Part shown: positions 24,346-38,233 of the stretch, piece after piece
How the letters are laid out: the number at the start of each line of letters is the position of its first letter
How positions within the stretch are numbered: the first letter of the stretch is position 1
Origin: Malacoraja senta
Lineage: Eukaryota
Length of the DNA: 64,000 nt
Direction of reading: 5' to 3'
Assembly: GCA_038087875.1 (NCBI GenBank)
Contig: CM075988.1
Span: 19,656,001-19,720,000, forward strand
Program-made: the position numbers and the translations under genes
Notes under the pieces: model-generated
What the model saw: only the letters and a program-made list of their open reading frames with translations
Told to the model about the DNA's origin: nothing
The model's database searches: none

Positions 24346-26230
24346 TCAGTTGCACACAAAATGCAGGAGTCATTCAGTGGGACAGGCAGCATCTCTGGTA
24401 AAAATAGGTAGGTGCAATTTTTAAGAACGGGACCCTTCTTCATACTTCGTCAAATAGGTCCTGATTCGAAATGCCACATTCATTTTCTCCAGTGATGCTG
24501 CCAGACCCGCTGAGTTACTCAAGCATTTTGTGTCTATTTTTTATATAAACCAGCATCTGCAGTTCCTTTATATTACACTCTACACTCAGTTCCCTGACTA
24601 TAATTTGATATTTTTCCATTACTGGTTTTGCTTCGAGGGTGCTCAGAGGAAATGTTACGATGTAATGATTCAAGGAGCAAGAGCGAATAATGTTGTGAGT
24701 GAGTGGGTCTGGTCAATTGTGACAGAGTGGAGCTACAGTGTAACAAGTGCATCAACCAGCCCCGCTCCGAGGCTGGTGTGTTGTACCTGCTGGGACATTA
24801 CAGCCTCAAACACATTGCTCTGTAGTTCAAATGATTTCGACTTAAACACCAGCAAATGTTAACATTATGGACAAAATGGCAAAGAAGAATAAATTGGGTT
24901 TCAACCCCATAAAACCAGTTGGCTGATATTTCTAAAGAGGATTTTTTGCCTTTGGTCAAGTTTAAGATATTTACTGGTAGAAATGTATCTCTGGTTGTTA
25001 ATGCTAAATGGCATCAGATCGTCACTGTCTGCTGTGTCTACTCCATGAATGGCAACATCTGTGAGGGAATGATTAGGTTTAGGATTAGGTTTAGGTTTAT
25101 TATTGTCACAGGTTAGAGGCCTGGCAGGCAGTTGGCGATCGTGCCATTGCGAGTTCTGTGGAGAATTCCCCTTTAATAGGGACCTGAGGAGCAACCTTTC
25201 ACACTAAGAATGGTGGGTATATGGAACGAATTGCCAGAGGAGGTAGTCGAGGCAGGTACCATCATAACATTTAAAAAACATTAGGACAGGTACATGGATT
25301 GGATAGGTTTAGAGAGATGAGGGCCAAATGCAGGCAGGTGGGACTAGTGTAGATGGGGCATGTTGGTCAGCTTGGGCTCGTTGGGCTGAATGGCCTGATT
25401 CCACGCTGAATGACTCTATGACTCTAAAAACAGTTCGAGGTTGAACGGGCAACTGGCACAGAGACCTCAACAACGAAGGACAATGAGGACTTCACCCTGG
25501 CCCAGGGGCGATCTATGGCTGTGCAGCCTCCTTGCAGTCTTGAAGGCACCTTCTCCTTTCCTCCTCAGTGTTGTTCATGTAAAACTGATTAGCAAAATCC
25601 CAGTGCTGTGTGCTACATTAGTTAATCTTCCATCACCAGATGCCGCTTGAATCTCTAATTTAATTACTATAGCAGGTCGCAACCGTTTTAATTCATTAAT
25701 TTCAAGCCAATTTATAATTTGATGGTAATTTGAAGTATGTAAACAACTTTGCATTTTTAAAACACGGCTTGTAACACCGGTTCATGCCAAGAAAAGGCAA
25801 AGAGCTTAGAGTTGCCTTGGGCAGCAGTGGATTAATTTATATGCAATTCTTATTATTATTTTAGCAGCAAATTAACCATTTAGTACAATTTCAAAACATG
25901 CTTGGTTCATGAGCAAGAAAATTATAAAGAAATTGGATTAAAAATATCCCAATTTAACCTGTTATCGATTTCATGAAGTTAACTCGAAGAAGAAAACGAA
26001 TGCACCATAATCTAAGGTGTTGCAGGAGGAAGCACCTTGTGAGTTGTATGTGGCACAAAGAGTTTAAATGACTCTTGTGCAAGACGATATCTCAGACAGT
26101 GTACACTCTCCCTAGACTCAGAGATTCTCCCCCAATGAAACCGTAGGTTGGACAGGCACGCACTATTCTCTGGGTTAAAACTTGCTCTGCACACCTCCTT
26201 TAAAATTACCCCTCTCACCTTAAACCTTGA

Positions 26231-26530
26231 GCGGCGCAGCGGTAGAGTTGCTGCCTTACAGCGCCCAACACCCGGGTTTGATCTTGACAATGCCTGCTAT
26301 CTGTACGGAGTTTGTACATTCTCCCTGTGACTGCATGTGTTTTCTCCGGGTGCTCCGATTTCCTCCCACACTCCAAACATGTTCAGGTTTGTCGGTTAAT
26401 TGGCTTCTGTAAATTGTAAATTGCCCGTTGTGTGTAGGATAGTGCTAGTGTACGGGTGGTCGCTGGTCGACGTGGACTCAGTGAGCCAAAGAGCCTGTTT
26501 CCATGCTGTATCTCTAAAATCTAGGTAAAG
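26231..26530 (+). mobile_element. HE1-like V-SINE inserted in a minus-strand CR1 fragment
   Basis: SINE consensus; CR1 sequence CCCCTCTCACCTTAAACC...TATGTCTTCTAGT continues across it. Confidence 0.8.
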
Positions 26531-27639
26531 TATAAAGTCTATGTCTTCCTAGTATTGTGATTTCCACCCTGGGAAAAAAAGATTCTGACTGTCTACCCTA
26601 TCTATGCCTCTCATACTTTTACATATTTCTATCAGGTCCTCTCAAGCGCCGATGCTCCAGAGAAAACAATCCAAGTTTGTCCAACCTCCTTCTAGCTAAT
26701 CCTCTTTAATCCTGGCAGCATTCTGATAAACCTCTTCTGCACACACTGCAAAGCTCACTCAGGCTGCCAAATTCATTGGCATGGACAAGGTGATTTGAAG
26801 GGACTGTTTTGGTTCTGTACAGTGTGTCTTTCTCCTCCCTGCAATGGGGCGACCAGACCAGTGCATAACACCACAAATGCAATCCAATCTCAGCTCCATG
26901 AAGCTGCAACCTGACTCCCCGACTCCCACGCTCAATGCCCCATCGATGAAGATACCTTGCAGAGAAGGAGGTGGGTGGAATGCACTGTGTGTCCATGACA
27001 AGATGGGCGTGATAGGTAATGGGTTCTTGATTAGTACGGGCGTCAGGGGTTGGGGTTATGGGGAGAAGGCAGGAGAATGGAGTTAGGAGGGAGAGATAGA
27101 TCAGCCATGATTGAATGGCGGAGTAGAATAGGTGGGCCAAATGGCATAATTCTGCTCCTATCACTTATGAACATGACCTTATAATGGAGAGTTAGGGCCA
27201 AGGGAGATTAAATTAATCAAACAAACTGCACCTGGACTTCACAATGGCAGGTGTACCATTCACACAAATGCGTCCACTTTCCCTTCCACTGAATTCCAAC
27301 GATTCCTGGGAGAGAGTGTTGGAATTTACATTATTAATTAGAATTTACATTATAATTTGTATTCTTATAAATATAAATTGCTAAATTTATGTTGGTTTAA
27401 TAATTGAAATTAGCATTAATTTGTAAAGCAATTTGTATGTTAACTCAAACAACGAGCTGTTGCTCGAGTCAAAAGTCCAGACCGTTACTCAGACTCCGGA
27501 AGCAATTATGACTTGAAAAATGACTGTACGGTCCAGAAAAACACACTTCATTGGTATTTCGATTATTCCTGTCACATGCATCAAGATATAGTGGAAAGCT
27601 TTGTTTGCATGCAACCTTGTCAAATCATATAACAGTCAT

Positions 27640-28495
27640 CAAGTCATACGGCACAGAAACAGGTCCTTCGGCCCAGGACATCCATGCCAACAAAGATGCC
27701 CCATTGAAGCTAGTCCATTTGGCCCATATCCCTCTAAACAATTTCTATCCATGTAGCTGTCCAAATGTATTTTAACTGCTGTTATAGTACCTGCCTCAAC
27801 TACCTCCTTTGGTTCCATATACCCACTCCCCTCTGAATGAAAAAGTTGCACCTCAGGTTCCTATAAAATCTTTCCCCTCTCACCGTAAACCCATGTCCCT
27901 GAGCTCTTGATCCCCCTACCCTGCGTAAAAGACTTTGCATTAGCGTTATCAATAACCAATCGCGGTTTTTTACACCTCTACAAGATCACTGTCTCGCCTC
28001 CTACGCTCCAAGGAATAAAGTCTTAGCTTGTCCAATCTCTCTCAGTAGCTCAGGTCGCCATCCTGGTAACATGCTCCTAAATCTTCTCTGCACTCTTTCC
28101 AGATTAATGACATCCTTCTCATAGTAGGTTGAACCAAACTGAACAAAATACTCTAAATGCGGCCTCACTAAAGTCTTGTACAATTTTAACATAACATCCC
28201 AACTTCTATAATCAATACCTTGATGGATGAAGGCCATTCTAAGCCATCTTGACTGTCCTACCTGCCTGTGACACCACTGTGAGGGAACTGTGTACCTGTA
28301 CTCCTATATCTCTCTGCTCTGCTACAGCACACCCAGGGCCCTGCCACCCTCTGTGAAGGTCCCACCCTGGTTTGACTTCCCAAAATGAAACACCTCACAC
28401 TTATCTGTATTAAGCTCCATTAACCACTCTTCAGCCCACTTGCCCAGCTGATCTAGATCCTGCTGTAATTTTTGATAATCATATTCACTGTGTAC
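27640..28495 (-). mobile_element. CR1-type LINE ORF2 C-terminus and 3' UTR, degenerate
   Basis: LQQDLDQLGKWAEEWLMELNTDKCEVFHFGKSN and LYKTLVRPHLEYFVQF. Confidence 0.9.
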
Positions 28496-28564
28496 ACTAT
28501 CCCCAATATTAGTGTGAAACAAAACCCGTGGTCCCTAGTCCAACCTAGACTGTTCATAGTTTGT

Positions 28565-28920
28565 AGTATTCAAGTGCCTGATGGTTACTGCGAAGAAGCT
28601 ATTCCTGAACCTGGAGGTCACGATTTTCAGAATCTTATACCTTCTTCCCAATGGCAGGAGTGAAATGAGAGCATGGCCAGGGTGGAACGGGTCCTTGTTG
28701 ATGTTGGCTGCCTTTTTGGGGCAGTGCCTCCTATTGGTCCCTTTGATGGTGGGGTGGTCAGTACCAGTGATGGGCCAGGCAGTATTGACCATTTTTGGAA
28801 TCTCCTTTGGCCTTGCGCATTCTAGTTGCTGAACCAGTTGCTGTGATGCATCTGGTCAATTAGCTCTCTACCATACTCTTTTGGAAGGTCTAGAGTTTAT
28901 TCGTCGACCTGCCGAGTCTC
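28565..28920 (-). mobile_element. Rex1/Babar-like LINE 3' fragment
   Basis: DPFHPGHALISLLPLGRRYK...TSRFRNSFFAVTIRHLN. Confidence 0.75.
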
Positions 28921-30911
28921 ACTGACATCAAGTCTGGGGCAACTTCAGTAACAGTACATCATCAAACAGGGTGAGTAGGCCAATCAAACATCATGCACAA
29001 CAACCAGGCAGTTAAATGAAGCACTGGTGCCCAATGCAAAACCCACAGATGATGGAAGTCTGAAGTAACAACTGAAAATCATAGGTCAGGCGGATTCTTT
29101 AGAGAGAAAACAGAATTAACATTACTGATATGTAAAATCTATTCGAGGTCGTTAGATATAGGTTTAGGTTATTATTGTCACGTGTACCGAGGCACAGTGC
29201 AATGCTTTGTTTTGCATGCTGTCCAATTAGATCAGGTAATACAATCAATAAATACAATCAAGCAAAACTCAAGTACAATAGGCACAGCAAAGGGGAAGAA
29301 TATAGTTCAGAGTGCAGAATATAGTTCTCAGCATTGCAGCGCACACAGTTCCACAAAGTCCAATGTCCAGTGGGGTAGAGGTGAATTGGACTGTAACCCA
29401 GTTTATGGCAGGACCGTTCAGAAGCCTGATAGCAGAGAAGAAGCTGTAACTGATGCTTTCATGCTTTTGTATCTTCTGCCCAACAAGAGCAGGGAGAAGA
29501 AGGAATGACCAGAGTGGGACAAGTCTTTCATTATGTTGGCTGCTTTTCTGAGGCCGCGCAATGTATAGATGGAGTCAATGGCAGAGATTCTGGTCTGTGT
29601 GTATTTTCAATCATTGGGACATTCACATGGGATTGGAGCAGAAGCTGAAATCAGGAGACTTACCCAAAAAAAAAAAAAAAAAAGACCTTTTCTTTTTTAC
29701 CTTGGAGTTTGTAATCGGTATGCTGAGAGAATGATATTTTTCAAGGCAAAAGAATCTTCCAGCAGTAATTATGGCTGAATACATTGTTAAAACTGCCTTC
29801 ACATAACAATTAACAAGGCAAAACTCTTCACTTCCTGTAAGATACTTCCTGTTTTACGGTGAGAATGTAAAGTTGAACTTCACATCACATCATTAATTCG
29901 GCGTTGACTGCATCGGTGGAGACCATGACAGGAATTAGGTATTGCTGACTATAGCCTCTGCTTTCTGTGCATTTACAGGCTCGAGAAATACAGTAGCTGT
30001 CAGCTTAAGAGTAATGATGGGAAAAGCTGGCAGATTGTCCTTCATTTTAACTTCAAGAACTGGCCAGGACCTTTATAAAAACAACATTTTAAGATTATGG
30101 TTTTGCAAATTGCCAAGAACACTTTCTCTTTCACGAGTTCTGCAAAGGAGCATTAAATTAATGGGATTCATCGAGTGCTTTTCCCATTTCCAATACAGTG
30201 AATCTGAAATAACCCGTTAAATACACTTCCCGGTGATAAAATGGCATTTCATGAAACACCAGTTTCCACAGGTGAATCCATTATTTAAATTGTAAAGAAC
30301 TTCAATTGCAGCAAGAATATTTCTCAGCTGAAATATGCAGAGAAATTTGCAGTAGGCTGGTGCGTGGATGGCTCTGCAGATTCTTATCATCCACAAATAA
30401 AAAATGTAAGTCAAGCCAGCATAAGGATTTGTGGCCCAATGTGTAAATGATCTGATGTAAACACCCAGCTGTGAGGTGAACAACTTCCATACTTTCATCG
30501 AATGAGCAAGAAATCGCAGAGAGTTGTAGATGTAGACTAGTCCATCACACAGAGCAGTCTTGCCACCATTGTCCCGCACCGGACAATCCTACTTCTCCCT
30601 GCTCCCGTCGGGCAGAAGATTCTGAAGCTTGAAAGCGCGCGCTTCTGAATGGTCCTTTCATCCCCTAGGGTAATGTTCAAATCACCTTTACGCTATTGTG
30701 GACATTGGACTTTGTTTATGGAACTGATGCGCTACAATGCTGAGAATTATATTCTGCACTCGGTACCTTCCTCTTTGCTCTATCTATTGTACTTGAATTT
30801 TGCTGGATCATATTTATACATTGTATTAAATGATTTGTGTAGGAAGGAACTGCAGATGCTGGTTTAAACCGAAGATAGACATTTGATTGGATAGCATGCA
30901 AAATAATGTAC

Positions 30912-31139
30912 TGTAGCGGCGCCACCTAGCGCACGCAGATATCGAACCCACCGTTCGGAAGCCGCGGTCACATGATTCGGGAGGGGCCGTTGTTTTCGCG
31001 CGGTTTTCCCTTGGCGCGCGTTAGTTCAGTGCTGACCACCGATGTGGGTAGACGTGTTTGACAAACCTGTATACTGCAACTTACTTTCGAATAAAGTTTT
31101 TGGTTGAAAACTTCAGTAGTCGTTTCTCAAACCGCCAAA
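30912..31139 (+). mobile_element. Solo LTR (228 bp; 4-bp TSD compatible with Gypsy)
   Basis: Starts TGTAGCGG and ends CCGCCAAA (imperfect inverted ends), GTAC TSD on both sides, internal AATAAA, CpG-rich. Confidence 0.75.
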
Positions 31140-34100
31140 GTACCTCGATACACGTGATAATAATAAACCTAAACCTAAGATGTCACCGAAAGCGTGAAGA
31201 GAATCTACATGCTAATGGAAGCAAGACAAAGGTTTGATGAAATGCTCAATAGTGGGTCAAATTGGAACTTTAAGAATCTCAACATCATCCTAAACAGAGC
31301 AGCAGGCAAGTTCAATATTAGTTTTTGTTCTTTGGTTGCATTAAGGGCTTCGGTTTTGCACAATTATGGTTACCTAGTATTATGATTATTAATTTGTTGT
31401 TATTATTGATTATTATATATTTAACTATGTGTTATTGCATTATGTTGTGAATCTGTGGAATTCTATGCCTCAGAAGGCAGTGGAGGCCGATTCTCTGGAT
31501 GCTTTCAAAAGAGAGTTAGATAGAGCTCTTAAAGATAGTGGAGTCAAGGGATATGTGGAGAAGGCAGGAAGGGGAGTACTGATTGTGGATGATCAGCCAT
31601 GATCACAGTGAATGGCTCAAAGGGCCGAATGGCCTACTCCTACACCTATTATCTAATGTCTATTGTCTATTATAGGCCTGTTAAACCTGGGTTTACTCTA
31701 GGTGCTCCGGTTTCCACCCACATCCCAAAGACGTGTGGGTTTGTACGTTATTTGGCCTCTGCAAATTGCCCCCAGTGTGTAGGGAGTGGATGAGGAAACC
31801 GGAACAGGCAGCATCTCTGGAGAGAAGGAATGGTTCGAGACCCTTCTTCGGACCCTTCTCTTCAGAGATGCTGCATGTCCCACTGTGTTACTCCAGCTTT
31901 TAGTGTCTATCTTCGGTTTAAACCAGTATCTGCAATTCCTGCCTACACACACGTTCTAACACTCTAACAGGATTTCAATGGGAAGCTCTCAGCAGCAATA
32001 TTCAGCAATAATTCAATTGTGTTTACCAAAGGATCCATCCACTGAGTCCTTCTATGGATGGATTTATGATAGTTGATGCATAATTTAACTTAAATATTTA
32101 TATTCTCCCATTATTTATTTTCCAGGCCCTGGGCTTTACTTGAGAGAGCGATGGAAAGTCATCTCTGTGACCTGCCGCAGTCCTTGGGGTGAATGTACTT
32201 CCACTCCACAGTTGGGGAGGAAGGTCAAGAATTCAGAACCAGCAACAGTCAATATTCAAAATCATAATCTTGTACCCACAACAGTCCACCTTTTGTTGCT
32301 ACTATCTGCACGGTTTACATCTTGGATGTTTAAATCAGAGGATCATACAAAATTTAAGACATAGAAGCAGCCAAGTTTGCTCATCAAGACCAAGCCAGTC
32401 ACAGTCATACAGCTGTACAGCACAAAAACAGGCCCTTTGGCCCACCTTGTCCATGCTGACCAAGTTAGCATACTGGACTGGCACACTGGCATTTGGTCCA
32501 TAGCCCTCTGAACCCTTCCTTGAATCCTGGAAACACAGATAGGTGCGACAAGTGTAGATGGGGCATGTTGGTCGGAGTAGGCAAGTTGGGCCTGTTCTAT
32601 GCCTCATGACTCTGTGGGTATCATGATCCCAATAGCTTCCATCAACTCTCACATCTGACAGTTGCAACACTTCACATACCCTGCCATGCCTTCACTAGAA
32701 TAATTATTTATCTAATTCCATCACTAGTATCCTTAGGTATCTCACCAAAGCCACTTACTCATCAAAGTCTGCTCTCTGTGCCCTCTGCGTTGTGCGCTAA
32801 ATATGCATCATGCTTTTAGTTCTTAGCTAGCAATTTATTTGTGTCGCCTGAGCTCGATGAACACATTCTGGTTTGTTACCCAGTGAACGGAAGTCAAAGT
32901 TCCAAAACTGCAAAATTAAGAAGCCTCAAGTTTAGATCTGAATTAATAAAAAATGTACAAAATGTATAAACTCACCCCCTTACCGAAGTCCTCGCTCTAT
33001 GGATGTTGCACTTCGGGGACCTCGTGTTCAGACGAAACCAGGTACTGCTCAAAATTCAACGATAATGCCCCATGCTGAAGTTGAAGTTGTGTCCCGAGGT
33101 ACTGTGAAAACCTATTTGTTGCATACTAACCAGTCAGCGGAAAGACAATGCATGATTACAATCGAGCCATTCACAGTGTGTAGTTTCACGATAAAGGGAA
33201 TAACCGTCAGTGCAAGATAAAGTCCAGTGAAGACATATTAAAGATAGTCCGAGGGTCTCCAATGAGGTAGATGGTAGCTCAGGACCTCTCTCTAGTTGTT
33301 GATAGAGTGGTTCTGGTGCCCGATAACAGCTGGGAAGAAAATGTCCCTGAATCTGGAGGGGTGTGTTTTCACACTTCTGTACCAGTTGGCAGGCGGTGGT
33401 GGTGGGGTGTCTGTAAACAAACAGTAGAAGTCCGGGAATCCAGATGACGGAAGAAGGGTCTCAACCCGAAACGTCACCTATTTCTTTTCCCCTAGGTTGC
33501 TGTGTGACCCGTTGAGTTACTCCAGCTTTTTGTGTCTAACTTATAGTTACAATTTATGAGTTGACGCAACCAATAACTCATGACTAATGAGGTCAAGTGG
33601 TGAGATATGTTTTCTGCTGTAAGCGCCGTTGAAGATTATGTCTATGGTTATTTCTGTCCATCAAAATGAATAGTGGTCACCTGGGACATCCCAGTGAACA
33701 TTGCCACTTACCGCGTAACAGAGAGGCCTCGTTCTTCATTATGTTTCCCCTTTATGTCACAAAATTAAGTCGACAAAAAATTGCCCATGTTAACGATCGA
33801 TGCAACACAGTTCTGGTGTACAGACAACGACACCATCAATCTTTTTCGGTTGTCATTATAAAGTTATCTCCGAGTTGCTCATAAGCATTAACGCATTGCA
33901 AGAGATGAGGCTCGCAGATTCTCTTGCTTCAAGAGCAGGGAAACTTTGGATAACTGGCAGAAGTGGTAAAACGTCGTTGGATGCTGGGAATACTCGGAGG
34001 GTCAAGAGGCACACTGATGATGGGGCCACTGGACTTCTTTAAAAAAAACTCATCTGATTCACTTTAGCTCAGTGAAGGAGGACTTTGACCATTACGTGAC

Positions 34101-34278
34101 CCGTATGCACCAGTGTAGTTGACCTTGAGTTGCTTACTGAGATGACAGAGTACTTCACTCACTCCAATGGGCCATTTAAGGCAGACACCATCTCCTGTAC
34201 ACGAATTAACATGTGCAAATGTGTGAGGTTGGGGTGAAGTTAGTTAGGGGACAATGTCCAATGTCAGAACAACCTGTG

Positions 34279-34609
34279 TGGCGGCAGCGTGGCACAGCTG
34301 GTAGAACCGCTGCCCCACAGCGCCAGAGATCCAGGCTCGATCCTGACCTTAGGTGCTGTCTGTGTGGAGTTTGCATCTTCTCCCTGTGACCACGTGGATT
34401 TCCACTGGGTGCTCCGGTTTCCTCCAACATCCCAAAGCCGCATGGGTTTGTACGTGGATTGGCCCTCTGTAAATTGCCCCAGTGCGTAGGGATGGAAGCA
34501 AATGTGGGATAACAGAGAACTGGTGTGAATGGGTGATCGATGGTTGGCATGGACCCAGTGAGCTGAAGGGCCTGTTTCCATTCTGTATCTCTAAACTAAA
34601 CTAAACTAA
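34279..34609 (+). mobile_element. HE1-like V-SINE, full length (truncated duplicate at 47918-48192)
   Basis: SINE consensus match. Confidence 0.85.
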
Positions 34610-35859
34610 GCCTCATATTGCTGGAGAAACATATTATCCTATGCAGAACTAAGGATGGCAGGAGAATTGCTCTTCCTGTTTCTCAAATATTTCATAGAGA
34701 CATACAACATGGAAACAGGCCTTTCGGCCCAACTCATCCATGCTGACCAAGATGCCCGATCCAACCTAGTCCTTTTGTCCTGCATTTGGCTCATATCCCT
34801 CTAAACCTTTCCTATCCATGAATCTGTCCAAATGTCTTTAAATGTTGTTATTGTTGTTGGCTCAAATGTTGGTTATGGTAGCCATGATCACATTGAATGG
34901 CGGTGCTGGCTCGAAGGGCCGAAGGGCCGAATGGCCTACTCCTGCACCTTTTGTCTATTGTCTATTGTCAACTATTGCCTCTGGCAGCCCGTTTCATATC
35001 CCCACCACATGCCCCGAGACAACTTTGTCCTCCAAGGTACATCCAACATTGACTGCAGATGTAACATTTTCAAGGTTCACACTGTTTAGCTTGTTTAAGC
35101 ATTGGCCGTACATTGACTTATTCTGTGATAATAGTCAGCTCTCCGCTGCTTAGATACACAGACACAGATCAATATTTCATTTTGATGGTATTGTTAGAAC
35201 TGACATAAGAAATAACTCACAAGAATTGTGCCCATCCCATGAACGTGCAATAGGGTTGATTATGTGTTGGCCAATGATCCTGAGATAATCAAACACCATG
35301 TTGAAATCCCATCATTCATGGCAGTCGTGTTGACGTGTGACACAATGATCCGTTCCTGTGGTGTTTGTCTCAGTAACTGTAACCTGGCAGTTCTCTTCCT
35401 CAGGAATAAACCTACTTCAATTAAACTTGAAACCCACTAGCGTGCGTGCAACTAATCCTGAACGGCAATTGATTAGGTTTACAAGTGACAAATCTTATTT
35501 CAGGCACATTTCAATTAAACACTTTTAATTTTATGCACGTTTTAACCAAATCTTTCACGTCCTTCACATCTTGTCTGTAAATCTTCAGATTTGTTCTACT
35601 TCATAATGCTGCAGCAACAAATAACTCACTTGTAACTGCCATTCCTCCTACCTACCACACACTAAATACGTGACAAACTAAAGTGTGTATTGAACTCCAT
35701 TTCCATTCCACTGAAGCCTACAGAACAATAGTTTACAAGTTCCTGCAAGACACAAAATGCTGGAGTAACTCAACGGCACAGGCAGCATCTCTGGAGAGAA
35801 GGAATGGGTGACGTTTCCATGGGTCGAGACGCTTCTTCAGACTGAAGAGCTCTGAAGAT

Positions 35860-36505
35860 CTGTTCTGGGCCCAGCACATTGATGCAATCAGGTCATCAGT
35901 GCCACCAGTTCCTTAGAAGATTGAGGAGATTCAGTGTGTCAAACCCCTACAGGTGCACAGCAGGCAGCATACTGACGGGTTGCATCAAGACCTGGCTCAG
36001 CAACTCGAATGCCCAGGAATGAAGGAGATTGCACAGAGTGGTAGACACTGCCCGGTCCATCACAGACACTGACCTCCCCACCATTGAAAGGATCCACAGG
36101 AAGCACTGCCTCAAAATGGCAGGTAATATCATCAGAGAACCACACCCCCCCCGACCATGCTCTCTTCTCATTTCTGACTCCAGCAAGAAGGTACAGGAGC
36201 CTGAAAACCATGACCTCCTGGTTGAAGAACACTTCCTTCCCAGCAACCATCAGGCTTTTGAACACTGCACGACACTAACCTCAGCAACTATGATCTTCTA
36301 TTAACCGTGTCTTTGGTTGCACTACAGACTTCAGTTTTGCACTGTTATGCTAGTTTAGTAATAGTTATTAATTAATTGTATTATTGATTATCATACAGTA
36401 TATTTATCTCTGCGTTACTGCATTTACAGCCTGTTAAGTTGCAGCAGGTAAGAATTTCATTGTTCTGTGCCTGGTATATATGACAATTAAATATTTTTGA
36501 CTTGA
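35860..36505 (+). mobile_element. Rex1/Babar-like LINE 3' fragment (duplicate at 49443-50088)
   Basis: RRYRSLKTMTSWLKNTSFPATIRLLN plus 3' UTR ending GACAATTAAA. Confidence 0.75.
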
Positions 36506-36846
36506 ATTCAAACTGCCTTTCTCACGACATCTCCAACTTAATGCATGCTGCAGAAGCAAATTTCTATTTTGCCCTGAGACGTTGGTGAAATTCAAAGAAA
36601 GAATTCAGGCTTTTCCGCCGTGCTTGAAATATCCAAGTGTACGAAGTGTCCCCTGCAATATTTGGATGATGAAATTGAGCTCAACAGTGGAGAAGGATGC
36701 ATCAGCACTTCTGTCAGGAACCACTTGAGTATCCGAGTGGAAGTCACAAAATGCAACACAGGCTGTGCTGATTTGGCTGAGGCACTTTTTGAGATATAAC
36801 TTGTTCTGACAACTGGCCTTGTGCCATTCAATGCGTCTCATTATTT

Positions 36847-37126
36847 GGGTGGCACGATGACGCAGTGGTAGTTGCTGCCTTACAGCACCAGAGACCCATC
36901 TTCGATCCTGTCTTCGGGTGCTGTCTGAACGGAGTTTGCATGTTCTCCCCATAACCTGCATGGGTTTTCTCAGAGATCTTCGGCTTCCTCCCACTCTCCA
37001 AAGATGTACAGGTTTGTATGTTAAATGGCTTGGTATAAATGTAGAATTATGTGTGTAGGATAGTGTTAATGTGCGGGGATCGCTGGTCGGTGCAGACACA
37101 GTGGGCCGAGGGGCCTATTTCCGTGC
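36847..37126 (+). mobile_element. HE1-like V-SINE (duplicate at +13583)
   Basis: SINE consensus match. Confidence 0.8.
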
Positions 37127-37489
37127 AGAATCCCCAAAAAATCAATTAGCTGATATCCATCACAGGGGACCTGAAACATCGTCTATCCATTCCCTCCACA
37201 GTTGCTGCCTGACCCACTCAGTTCCTCCAGCACTTTGTGATTTTGCTCAAGGTCCCAGCATCTGCACTTTTTGTGTCGCCATTAAGATGATATCCTCACA
37301 TTTGACTTTGAATAAGCCTGAAGACTTAGGACACGATATTTTCTGCTTAATTTTGCCATTGCTCTGCAGTTGAGATAACTGGAAAAAAAGTATTAGAATT
37401 AGCGCGGCACAGAGGCACAGATGCTGTCTTACAGCGCCAGAGATCCAGGTTCGATTCTGGCTATGCATGCTGTCTGTGGAGTTTGTAAC

Positions 37490-38233
37490 AAGTCAGAGTC
37501 ATACAGCATGGAAACAGGCCATTCAGCCCAACTCATCCATGCTGACCAACATGCATATCTGAGCATTTGCCTGCATATGCCCCATCTCCCTCTCAACCTT
37601 GGTCTGAAGAAGGGTCTCGACCCAAAATGTCATCCATTCCTTCTCTCCAGAGATGCTGCCTGTCCCACTGAGTTACTCCAGCATTTTGTGTCTACTTTCA
37701 ATTTAAACCAGCATCTGCAGTTCTATCCTACACATTCCCTCTCAACCTTTCCTGTTCATGTACCTGGTCAAATGTCTTTAAATGTATGTACCCACACCCA
37801 CAGTGTGAAAAAGTAATCCTTTGGGTCTCTATTAAATCTTTTCCCTCTCACCTTAAACCTATGCCCTTTAGTTTTAGATTCCCCTTCATTGGGACAAAGT
37901 GCATTCACCTTATCTATGCCTATGATTTTATACACCAAAGATCACCTTTCAGCATCCTGAGCTCCAAGGAATAAAGTCCCTGCCTGCCCATACTATACCT
38001 ATAGCTCAGGTCCTGGCAACATCCTCGGAAATCTTCTCTGCACTTTTTTCCGAGCATAATGGCATCCTTCTATAGCAAGACGATGAAAACTGAACCCAAT
38101 ACTCCAAGTGCGGTTTCATGAACATCTTGTACAACTGTAACATGATGTCCCAACTTCTATATTCAACTCCCTGACTGATGAAGGCCAGCGTACCAAAGGC
38201 CTTTTTCACCACCCTGTCTACCTGTGATGTCAT
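37490..38233 (-). mobile_element. CR1-type LINE 3' fragment with a nested Penelope terminal-repeat unit at about 37601-37735 (duplicate at +13583)
   Basis: QVDRVVKKAFGTLAFISQGVEYRSWDIMLQLYK; nested unit flanked by repeated TCCCTCTCAACCTT. Confidence 0.85.

Noticed and set aside
24573..24862. ORFs on both strands in unique sequence
   Set aside because: No recognisable domain and no convincing donor or phase partner
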